DNA of 64,000 nt from positions 99,392-163,391 of the forward strand of contig JAQWRT010000015.1 in assembly GCA_029243605.1 (NCBI GenBank). Reading direction: 5' to 3'. The translations under genes and the position numbers were made by a program. This stretch comes from Myxococcota bacterium. GTDB lineage: Bacteria; Myxococcota_A; UBA9160; UBA4427. Shown one piece after another: positions 1 to 8,025 of the stretch. Each line of letters begins with the position of its first letter. Positions within the stretch are counted from its first letter, which is position 1. The notes beneath the pieces are model-generated. The model was not told where the DNA came from, searched no databases, and saw nothing but the letters and a program-made list of their open reading frames with translations.

Positions 1-1
1 C

Positions 2-1516
2 GTCGAGGAGGCCGGTCTCTCGGGCCTTTGGGCGAGTTCGCTGACCCTCTCCTGCGCCGCGGGTCTGCGGGATAACAGTGAACTCACCATGACCGAGGTG
101 CTGGAGGTGCTCGAGAGCATCACCGCCCGGGCGAATATCCCGATCCTCTTCGACGGCGATACGGGCTACGGCCAGTTCAGTCATTTTCAGCAGCTGGTTC
201 GCAAGCTCTGCGTTCGCCGAGTGGGCGGCGTTTGCATCGAGGATAAAATTTTCCCGAAGACCAACTCCTTCCTGCGCTCGGAGGGACAATCCCTGGCGCC
301 GGTGGAAGAGTTCGCGGGCAAGCTTCGCGCGGGCAAGGACGCTCAGACGGATCCTGATTTCGTCGTGGTGGCCCGAACCGAGGCCTTGATTGTTGGTCTG
401 GATACCGCAGCGGCTATCGATCGCGCCGAGCGATACGTGGACGCGGGCGCCGATGCGATCCTGATTCACTCCAAGGAACGCACCTTTGCTCAGGTTCAAG
501 ATTTCATGTCGAAGTGGAGCGGCCGGGCCCCGGTGGTCTGTGTGCCCACCACGTATTACAGCACGCCCATGGAGGCCTTCGATCAGGCGGGCGTTTCCCT
601 GGTGATCTGGGCGAATCATATGCTGCGCGCGGGGATCGGTGCCATGCAGTCTGTGGCGAACGAGATCGGTGCAAAGGGAACGGCGCGAGATCTCGAGGAT
701 GCAATCGCTCCGGTCAAGGAAGTCTTCCGACTCCAGGATGCCGACGGTCTGCTCGAGGGTGAGAAGACTTATCTGCACAAGGAGTCCGGGGTGTCGGCTC
801 TCGTGTTGGCTGCGTCCCGGGGTACGGGTCTCGATGAGCTTACGTCGGATCGGCCCAAGGCGATGATTCCCGTTTCGGGCATGCCGGCCATCGAGAAAAT
901 GCTGCAGAGTATGCGTGCCGAGGGCATCAAGGATATTTCTGTGGTTCGTGGCTACCGGCCCGAGGCCCTCGCACCGGCGGGCGCGAAATTCTTCGACAAC
1001 CCCGATTGGGAAGAGAACGGCGAATTGGGATCACTGGCTGTGGCCCGAGACGCGATCAGGGGCGACACGGTCATCGCCTACGGCGATGTGGTCTTCAAGC
1101 GCTATATCCTGCACCTGCTGCTCTCGTCCGATGCACCCATCACCCTGGTGGTGGACGGCTCGCGTTCCTTCCTCGAGTCGGGACGCAGTGTCGACCGGGT
1201 GAAGGTTTCCGGTCCGGCTCCGAGCGCGTACGACGAATCTGAGAACTGGCTGGAAGCCGCCTCCGAGGGCTTGGCAGAGGATATGACCCACGGGGAGTGG
1301 ATCGGCATGCTTCGGGTTCGCGGTGAGGGGGTGGAGTCGTTCCAAGAGGCTCTGGACTCGACCTTGGCCCGGCCCGGGAGCGGCCAACTCGACCTGTGCG
1401 CGCTGCTCGACGAGATCGCCCAGGCCGACCCTCGTGCCATCCGGGTCATTTATATTCATGGCGGCTGGATCGATATCAACAGCCTGGCCGATGTCGCTCG
1501 CAGCGGCGACGTCTGA
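2..1516 (+). CDS. pepM: Phosphoenolpyruvate mutase (PepM) fused to a C-terminal LicC/MobA-like nucleotidyltransferase domain; 5' partial, continues upstream of the window
   Basis: The frame is open from nt 2 (VEEAGLSGLWASSLTLSCAAGLRDNSELT precedes the track Met at 89), so the N-terminus lies off-window. PEP-mutase/isocitrate-lyase superfamily motifs: ILFDGDTGYG, GVCIEDKIFPKTNSF, VVARTEAL, GADAILIHSK. From about nt 800 the sequence becomes an NTP-transferase fold (ALVLAASRGTGL..DRPKAMIPV..IAYGDVVF). Confidence 0.85.
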   Translation, partial: VEEAGLSGLWASSLTLSCAAGLRDNSELTMTEVLEVLESITARANIPILFDGDTGYGQFSHFQQLVRKLCVRRVGGVCIEDKIFPKTNSFLRSEGQSLAPVEEFAGKLRAGKDAQTDPDFVVVARTEALIVGLDTAAAIDRAERYVDAGADAILIHSKERTFAQVQDFMSKWSGRAPVVCVPTTYYSTPMEAFDQAGVSLVIWANHMLRAGIGAMQSVANEIGAKGTARDLEDAIAPVKEVFRLQDADGLLEGEKTYLHKESGVSALVLAASRGTGLDELTSDRPKAMIPVSGMPAIEKMLQSMRAEGIKDISVVRGYRPEALAPAGAKFFDNPDWEENGELGSLAVARDAIRGDTVIAYGDVVFKRYILHLLLSSDAPITLVVDGSRSFLESGRSVDRVKVSGPAPSAYDESENWLEAASEGLAEDMTHGEWIGMLRVRGEGVESFQEALDSTLARPGSGQLDLCALLDEIAQADPRAIRVIYIHGGWIDINSLADVARSGDV

Positions 1517-1558
1517 ACCCCTTGCCAGGCCGACTTCGGCCGAGCGGAGGCTCCACCC

Positions 1559-2743
1559 TTGCCCCTCGATCCGCAAGTTCTCTTTCGCGCGCTGCTCGGT
1601 GCGGGAATCACCGGCCTTGCCGGCGTTCCTTGCTCCATCCTCAACCATCTGACGCTTGAGGCCGAAGCATCGACGGAGATCGATTATATCCCGGCCTCGG
1701 TCGAAGGTGAGGCGGTCTCCGCCGCCGCGGGTATGTGGCTCGGGGGTGGGCTGGGCGCCGCAATGATGCAGAACTCCGGGCTGGGGAACGCGGTGAACCC
1801 GTTGGCTTCTCTCTCGGTCCCCTATGAGATTCCCGTGCTGATGATCGTCTCCTGGCGGGGCGAGCCGGGTAAGAAGGATGCGGTTCACCACTATCCCATG
1901 GGAGCGGCGACTCCGGGCCTCTTCGAGTTGCTCGATATTCCGGCGACGGTGCTTCGCGAAGAGACAGATCTGGATTCCGCGGTCAAAGATGCGGTGGCTT
2001 ATATGCGTAAGGAGCGTCGCCCTGCGGCGCTGATTGTTCCGCGCGGCCTCTTTCAGAAGCCTTCCGCCGACGGGGATGGCGAAGGGACTCGCCGGGCGGC
2101 TCCGATCCTGGCCCGGGAAGTCATTTCCGAGGCCCCTCGGGCTCGGGCGTTCGGCGGCGGGGAGTTGCCGAGTCGAACCGAAGTCCTGGGTGCCTGGCTG
2201 GAGCGTTACCCCGAGGCCCTTGCGGTTTCGACTACCGGCTTCATGTCCCGAGAGGTTTCCTCACACGGGATGGTGGACCGACATTTTCCCATGCAGGGTT
2301 CCATGGGCTTTGCCTCGGCCATCGCTCTGGGGCTCGAGCGCAGCGCGCCCGGCGGCCGACCCGTCCACGTCCTCGACGGAGACGGAGCGCTGATCATGCG
2401 TCTGGGCAGCCTCGCCACCATCGGCGCTCTGGCCCCCCGGGCCTTTACCCACGTGGTGGTCGATAATGGAACCTACGCCTCCACCGGAGGCCAGCTTACA
2501 GTTTCGCCCCATGTGGACTTTCCTGCTGCGGCCCTGGCCTGTGGCTACCGGGCAGCGGCTCACTGTCGCGGAGTCGGTGGTCTCGCGGAAGCGCTGGAGT
2601 GGGCCGGGAGCGAGGCCGGGCAAGGTCCTGTTCTGCTCCAGATTGCGGTGGACGAGCGGGAAGCCGAAGGCCTCGAGCGGCCGGCGCTTTCGCCCCAGGA
2701 GATCGCGTTGGCCTTTCGGGATGCCGTGGCAGGTCGGGGTTGA
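1559..2743 (+). CDS. ppd: Phosphonopyruvate decarboxylase (thiamine-diphosphate dependent)
   Basis: TTG start 8 nt after GGAGG (1546-1550). Ppd-type N-terminus GITGLAGVPCSIL and a TPP-binding region LDGDGALIMRLGSLATIG..VVVDNGTYASTGGQ. It sits immediately downstream of pepM, the canonical pairing. Confidence 0.85.
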   Translation: MPLDPQVLFRALLGAGITGLAGVPCSILNHLTLEAEASTEIDYIPASVEGEAVSAAAGMWLGGGLGAAMMQNSGLGNAVNPLASLSVPYEIPVLMIVSWRGEPGKKDAVHHYPMGAATPGLFELLDIPATVLREETDLDSAVKDAVAYMRKERRPAALIVPRGLFQKPSADGDGEGTRRAAPILAREVISEAPRARAFGGGELPSRTEVLGAWLERYPEALAVSTTGFMSREVSSHGMVDRHFPMQGSMGFASAIALGLERSAPGGRPVHVLDGDGALIMRLGSLATIGALAPRAFTHVVVDNGTYASTGGQLTVSPHVDFPAAALACGYRAAAHCRGVGGLAEALEWAGSEAGQGPVLLQIAVDEREAEGLERPALSPQEIALAFRDAVAGRG

Positions 2744-3504
2744 TGACCGACCGACCGAAAGCGGCGGTGATCTTGGCGGCGGGTATGGGAACGCGGCTTA
2801 AGAATGTTTTCTCGGATCGCCCCAAGGGCTTCGTGGAAATCGGCGGAGAGGGGTTGATCCATCGCTCGGTTCGCTTGCTCCAGGAAAGGGGCATCGAGCG
2901 GATCGTCATTGTTTCTGGCCATATGGGGTCGGCTTACGAAGCCCTGGCCGCCGAGCTTCCTGGTTTGGAGGTGGTTGAGAACGCTGAGTTCGCCACCACC
3001 GGCAGCATGGCGTCGCTGGCCCGTGCCCTCGAAGCCGTGAATGAAGATTTCCTTCTCCTCGAGAGCGACCTCTTCTACGAAGAGCGTGCCCTGGATGTCC
3101 TCTTGGAGGACGAAGCGCCCGATATCCTCCTGGCCTCAGGTCCTACCGGTGCCACCGATGAGGTCTGGATTGAAGCCTCCTCCGGCTGCCTTCAGAGCAT
3201 GTCCAAGGATCCCGCCGAACTCGGCGAGGTCTACGGAGAACTCGTGGGCATCGTTCGTATTTCGCATGCCCTGGCTCGGGAGATGGTCAGAGCCTATGAG
3301 CGCTTTGTCGAGGAAAACGGCCATGGCCAGATGGCGTATGAGACCGACGCCCTGGTCGAAGCCGCGGGCCAGCGCCCGGTGGCTCTACGCCTGGTTCCCG
3401 ACCTGCTCTGGGGCGAAGTCGACTACGAACACCACTACCTCCGGGTCCGAGATGAGGTGTGGCCCCGCTGGGCTTCCGGCCGGGCTGCCGATCATTCGTC
3501 ATAG
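2743..3504 (+). CDS. LicC/PntC-like nucleotidyltransferase (putative phosphonate or phosphoalcohol cytidylyltransferase)
   Basis: The ATG at 2743 overlaps the ppd stop (TGATG at 2741-2745). Nucleotide-binding loop AVILAAGMGTRL, followed by DRPKGFVEIGG and a C-terminal WGEVDYEHHY. The 48 upstream codons of track ORF 2599..3504 overlap ppd and are Arg/Gly-rich shadow. Confidence 0.8.
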   Translation: MTDRPKAAVILAAGMGTRLKNVFSDRPKGFVEIGGEGLIHRSVRLLQERGIERIVIVSGHMGSAYEALAAELPGLEVVENAEFATTGSMASLARALEAVNEDFLLLESDLFYEERALDVLLEDEAPDILLASGPTGATDEVWIEASSGCLQSMSKDPAELGEVYGELVGIVRISHALAREMVRAYERFVEENGHGQMAYETDALVEAAGQRPVALRLVPDLLWGEVDYEHHYLRVRDEVWPRWASGRAADHSS

Positions 3505-3554
3505 CCCTCGAGCCGCGAACTCGGCGCGCAAAATTTAGTTCACAGGAGAAAAGC

Positions 3555-4670
3555 ATGGATATGCCCAAGCGAAACGTCTTGCTCAACCCAGGCCCGGCGA
3601 CGACCACCGATTCGGTGAAGGCGGCTCTGGTGATCTCCGATATCTGTCCCCGGGAGCGCAGTTTTTGCGATCTCTATTCCGATGTTCGAAAGCGCCTTGC
3701 GGCCCTGGCGGGTGATCCCGACCAGGTGGTTGCGATTCCCGTAGTGGGCAGTGGGACCACAGTGCTCGAGGCGGGTCTGGTTAGCCTGATCCCTTCGGGT
3801 GGCCGGGTGCTGATTCTCGACAACGGAGACTATGGGACACGCTTGGCGGCAATCGCGGCCGCCCACGGCATCGACCACCGGCGCGTAGAATTGGGATGGG
3901 GGCAGCGGATCGATTTTGAGGCCCTCGATGCCGTACTCGCCGAAGAGCAGGGGAGGGCGACCCACCTCTTCGCCATCCATCACGAAACGAGCTCGGGCCT
4001 CCTCAATCCCTTGGACGCCCTGGTGGAGAGAGCCCACGCTCACGGTCTCAAATTGATGCTCGATGCCATGTCGAGTTTTGCGGCGATGCCCATCGAGGTG
4101 GGTGAACACGCGGTGGACATGCTCTTCTCGAGCTCAAATAAGTGTGTCCAGGGGATGGCGGGGCTGGGCATTGCCATCACCACCCGGGCGCTGCTCGACG
4201 AGGTTCGCCCGACGCCTCGGCGCTGCTACGTGTTGGACCTGGTGGCCGAGCACGATCATCTCGAGAAGACGGGCCAGAGCCGCTTTACCGTTCCTCCCCA
4301 GGTGGTATCGGCGCTTCATCAGGCGCTCGTCGAACTCGAGGCAGAAGGGATCCCCGCGCGCCAGAAGCGCTATCAGGAGAGTATGCAGACCCTGATGGCG
4401 GGGCTGGCTGAACTGGGCTTTGAATTCCTGCTCGAGGACGAGGACCAGAGCGAGATTCTGGTGGCTATCCACGAGCCGAGCGGGGACTGGTACGATTTTG
4501 ATCGCATGCACGATGCTCTCGATGCCGAGGGCTTCACCATCTATCCCGGCAAGCCCGGAGCCCAGCCGACCTTCCGGTTGGCGGTGCTGGGGGCCATCGA
4601 TGCCCGAGATATCGAGAACTTTCTTGCCGCCCTGGGTCGCTACCTCGAAGGCGTGAAGGGAAGCGCCTGA
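3555..4670 (+). CDS. phnW: 2-aminoethylphosphonate:pyruvate aminotransferase (class V aminotransferase)
   Basis: AGGAGA (3544-3549) lies 5 nt upstream of the ATG at 3555. N-terminus NVLLNPGPATT and PLP-lysine region SSSNKCVQG are typical of PhnW/AepZ. Operon context with pepM and ppd. Confidence 0.85.
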   Translation: MDMPKRNVLLNPGPATTTDSVKAALVISDICPRERSFCDLYSDVRKRLAALAGDPDQVVAIPVVGSGTTVLEAGLVSLIPSGGRVLILDNGDYGTRLAAIAAAHGIDHRRVELGWGQRIDFEALDAVLAEEQGRATHLFAIHHETSSGLLNPLDALVERAHAHGLKLMLDAMSSFAAMPIEVGEHAVDMLFSSSNKCVQGMAGLGIAITTRALLDEVRPTPRRCYVLDLVAEHDHLEKTGQSRFTVPPQVVSALHQALVELEAEGIPARQKRYQESMQTLMAGLAELGFEFLLEDEDQSEILVAIHEPSGDWYDFDRMHDALDAEGFTIYPGKPGAQPTFRLAVLGAIDARDIENFLAALGRYLEGVKGSA

Positions 4671-4671
4671 T

Positions 4672-5586
4672 TTGAAGCAGGAGATCGCGCTTCGCTTGCT
4701 TCTGACCCTCGGCGCCATCTTCGCGGTGGCCGGGGCTTGGGTGCTGGGCCAGTGGGCCGTGCGGGGTCGGACAGCTTCCCAATCCCGAATGGGGACGCGC
4801 TTCCTTGTGGAAGTCGGCATCCTGGCCGGAGTCTGGGGCCCGGCTTATTTGGGTGGCGGCTGGCTCTTGGCGGGAGTTCTAGTCCTCGCCTGGCTCTGCA
4901 CGCGGGAACTCTACGCCACCCTGAAGGTCGGCGGGGAGCGTCCGTGGGCCGGGGTGGGGGTCGCCGTGACGCTCGGCGCGATTCTTTTCGTTTACCAGTC
5001 GCCGGATGCCGCCGGCTGGCTCTTTCCCGTGGCTCTCGGGCTCTATGGGGCGCTGCGCTGGATCGTTTCCTCCCGCCAGGCCGCCCCCGACTCGCCCCTG
5101 GCCCGGGTGACCAGCACGGGACTCGGCTTTGTCTACCCCGGCTTGTGCCTCGCCGTCTTTCTTTCTCTTGGGCTGCGGGAAGAGGGCTTCGGCTATGCGA
5201 TCTTCTTCTACGGCCTGGTCGAGGCCAATGACGTCTTCGCCTACCTCGTGGGAAGCGGGATCGGCAAGCGGAAAATTTTTCCGGTGTTGAGTCCCAATAA
5301 AACCCTGGAAGGCGTTGTGGGTGGGCTCTTGGGGACCGTGGCTGTGGGCTTCGCTTTTTCCTTCGCTGTGCCCGATTTTGGCCCGTTGCGCGTCGCGAGC
5401 GCAGCGCTTCTGATCGGTTTGGCAGGGCTCGGGGGTGATCTTTTTGCCTCGGCGCTCAAGCGACGTGCCGGGGTCAAGGACTACGGCAACCTGGTCCCTA
5501 CTCAGGGCGGCGTGCTGGACGTTTACGACGCATTCTTCTTCGTAACCCCGGTCTTTTACGGTTTCCTAGAACTCACCTCGGGTTGA
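4672..5586 (+). CDS. CdsA-family (CTP_transf_1) integral membrane cytidylyltransferase-like protein, divergent signature
   Basis: TTG start 1 nt after the phnW stop. Multi-pass hydrophobic protein. Family region SPNKTLEGVVGG...GDLFASALKRRAGVKDYGNLVPTQGGVLDVYD resembles the CdsA signature, but it has Q for the usual H and V for the usual R (signature recalled from memory). Confidence 0.75.
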   Translation: MKQEIALRLLLTLGAIFAVAGAWVLGQWAVRGRTASQSRMGTRFLVEVGILAGVWGPAYLGGGWLLAGVLVLAWLCTRELYATLKVGGERPWAGVGVAVTLGAILFVYQSPDAAGWLFPVALGLYGALRWIVSSRQAAPDSPLARVTSTGLGFVYPGLCLAVFLSLGLREEGFGYAIFFYGLVEANDVFAYLVGSGIGKRKIFPVLSPNKTLEGVVGGLLGTVAVGFAFSFAVPDFGPLRVASAALLIGLAGLGGDLFASALKRRAGVKDYGNLVPTQGGVLDVYDAFFFVTPVFYGFLELTSG

Positions 5587-5623
5587 TCCGAGGGTGATAG
5601 GCTGGGGGAGGAGGGGTAGCCCC

Positions 5624-6373
5624 GTGCGATACACACTCGCCGACGTGAAGGCGTCCTACGGACCCGAGAAGGCCTGGGCCGAGATGCAGGGTGATCTGCC
5701 CTGCTATCTCATCTATCGCCCGATTTCCTTTTGGGTGGCTTTGCCCTTTCTCTGGTTGGGGATCCCCGTGCTCGTGATGACGAGCTTCTCTCTGGTGATC
5801 GCGCTCAGCCTTCCTGCCATGGCCTATTGGGGGGGAGAGCACGCCTATCTCGGGGTGGCGGGCCTGGGCTTCCTCTATCACGTCATGGACTGTGTGGATG
5901 GCAACATGGCGCGCACCCTGGGCCGCACGAGCCGCCTGGGCGCGATTCTCGACGGGACCATCGATATGAGCTTTTGGTGCCTGCTCTTGCTCTCGCTTGG
6001 ACTCCTTGTGGACGGTCAGGCCGGGGGGTTCTGGGACGGTCACGCCGTCGCGCTCTCCCTGGGGCTCGCAGTGCTCTTGCTCCTCAATCGCCAGACGCGC
6101 GACAATTTCAGCCTGCAAAATCGAGATGCCACGTATTTTCGCAGTGAGATTCCCGAGCGGCTCAGCCTCGGCGATCGCCTCATGATGGCGGTGGTCGGCC
6201 TCGAGTTCGTCTACGTCTTTGCCATAGCCCTGGGCGGGTGGTTCGGAGGGCTGGAGTGGGTTCTGCTCGGCATTGCGATCTACGTCGGCCTGATGTTCCT
6301 CGGGGCCGTCGGGCTCACATGGATTCAGGCGGCTCGTCTGGATCGGGATCCCCCGCCGCAAGATCCTCGTTGA
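5624..6373 (+). CDS. CDP-alcohol phosphatidyltransferase family protein
   Basis: Intact family motif D-x2-D-G-x2-A-R-x8-G-x3-D-x3-D (DCVDGNMARTLGRTSRLGAILDGTID) and several TM segments. I prefer the GTG at 5624, about 7 nt after a GGGGAGGAGGGG run, over the track start at 5594. Confidence 0.8.
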   Translation: MRYTLADVKASYGPEKAWAEMQGDLPCYLIYRPISFWVALPFLWLGIPVLVMTSFSLVIALSLPAMAYWGGEHAYLGVAGLGFLYHVMDCVDGNMARTLGRTSRLGAILDGTIDMSFWCLLLLSLGLLVDGQAGGFWDGHAVALSLGLAVLLLLNRQTRDNFSLQNRDATYFRSEIPERLSLGDRLMMAVVGLEFVYVFAIALGGWFGGLEWVLLGIAIYVGLMFLGAVGLTWIQAARLDRDPPPQDPR

Positions 6374-7904
6374 GCGAGCGGAACCAAGTTCGGTTTCGCT
6401 TGTAGTAGTCCAGAAAACTTTGGTAGCGGCTGTCGTAGAGTTCACGGTTCCCGGGGTTGGGCTCGAAGGTATCCGTGACTTCGACGAGATCGCTCATGGC
6501 GTCGAGTTGGTCGATTTCGCCCAGGGCGCGTAGGGCGATCAGTGCAGCGCCGCGAACCCCGCAGAATTGCGGGTTGGCCACCCGCTCGACCCTTTTGCCG
6601 AGGACATCGGCCATGATCTGGCACCAGATATCGCTTTGGGCGCCGCCGCCGGTGATTCGAACGCTGGGGACCGGGGCTCGGAGAAGTTTCTCCACGACGC
6701 CCAGGGCCCACAGGTTGTTGTACGCAACGCCCTCGAAGACCGCGCGCAGCAGGTGTCCCCGGTCGTGATCGAGAGAGAGATTGACGAACCCGCCGCGCAC
6801 GGTGGCATCGTCGACCGGGACGCGTTCGCCCATGAGCCAAGGGAAGAAGAACACGCCCCCCGCACCCGCCTCGCAGGTTTCGACCAGGTGGTTGATGGTG
6901 TCGTAGTCCGTCTCGCTGCCGAGGATTTTCTTGCGCACCCATTCCATCGAGGCACCGGCTGTCTCCTGGGTGGCAATTAGGATGTACTTGCCATATTCCG
7001 CCGCGCAAAGGGTGCCCGTGGCCGCGAAGGGATTGACGGCTCGGTCGTCGAGGTGGGTCGCGACCCACGAACTGGTGCCGAGGTAGATATGCACGTCTCC
7101 ATCCTTGACGGCCCCCGAACCTACGGCGCACGAGGGGACGTCGCCGGCGCCGGCAATCACGGGAACGCCCGGGGGCAAGCCGAGATCCGAGGCGGCCTCG
7201 GCACCGAGGTCACCGACAATCTCGGTGGAGGGCAGGACTTCGGGGAAGCGGTCGGTGTCGAGATCCAGCATGCGAAGAATCTCGGCCGACCAGCCGAGTT
7301 CTCCCTTGCGAGTCTTGAAGAGCCACCCACCGCTGGCCAGATCGTAGGTGGTCGTGGACCGCCCGGTGCAGCGCATGACGAGGTAGTCCTTGACGTCGAG
7401 CAGGCAATCGGTCTGCTCCCACAACTCGGGCCTTTCGTCGCGTAGCCATATAAACTTGGAAATCGTGTCGCGTCCGGCCAGGCTGGGCACGCCATTGGTG
7501 GCGCGTAGCCACTTGATGAGTCGGGGGAGTCCGTAGCCTGCGACCCGGGGCTGCCCCGAGGTTATCTCCCGGGCCTGTTCTCGGGAGCGCGTGTCCAGCC
7601 AGATCATGGCGTTCATGAGGGGCTTGCCCGCGGAGTCCACGGGCAGAACCCCGAACATCTGGCACGAGAAGACGACGGCGGAGACCTGAGCCGGGTCGAA
7701 GCTGGATTGGCTCCAGAGTTCCCGGGCGGCGGAAGAGATTGCGCTCCACCACGCGTAGGGGTCCTGTTCGGCCCATCCCGCCTCGGGGTAGATCACCTCG
7801 AGGCTGCTGCGGGCGCAGTCGCGGATCTCGCCCGTATGAGAAACCAGGGCGACCTTGATTTCGGACGTGCCCACATCGATCGCCAGGACATTTTGTTCGC
7901 TCAT
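6315..7904 (-). CDS. FGGY-family carbohydrate kinase (xylulokinase/glycerol-kinase-like)
   Basis: The ATG at 7904 gives MSEQNVLAIDVGTSEIKVALV, the FGGY N-terminal phosphate-binding motif. C-terminal motif ITGGGAQSDIWCQIMADVLG. The 80 extra codons of the track ORF (to 8144) run into devA and look like shadow sequence. Confidence 0.85.
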   Translation of the reverse strand: MSEQNVLAIDVGTSEIKVALVSHTGEIRDCARSSLEVIYPEAGWAEQDPYAWWSAISSAARELWSQSSFDPAQVSAVVFSCQMFGVLPVDSAGKPLMNAMIWLDTRSREQAREITSGQPRVAGYGLPRLIKWLRATNGVPSLAGRDTISKFIWLRDERPELWEQTDCLLDVKDYLVMRCTGRSTTTYDLASGGWLFKTRKGELGWSAEILRMLDLDTDRFPEVLPSTEIVGDLGAEAASDLGLPPGVPVIAGAGDVPSCAVGSGAVKDGDVHIYLGTSSWVATHLDDRAVNPFAATGTLCAAEYGKYILIATQETAGASMEWVRKKILGSETDYDTINHLVETCEAGAGGVFFFPWLMGERVPVDDATVRGGFVNLSLDHDRGHLLRAVFEGVAYNNLWALGVVEKLLRAPVPSVRITGGGAQSDIWCQIMADVLGKRVERVANPQFCGVRGAALIALRALGEIDQLDAMSDLVEVTDTFEPNPGNRELYDSRYQSFLDYYKRNRTWFRSLNEDLAAGDPDPDEPPESM

Positions 7905-8025
7905 TGACTGAAAATTCCCTCGCCCATTCGCCGGCCCGGCCTCGCGCGACATCCCAGGACTTTGACCGTAGCCGAGGGGTCGATGCAGGGAAACGGTGGG
8001 GTGCCGGGTCGTGATTCGCCAGATC

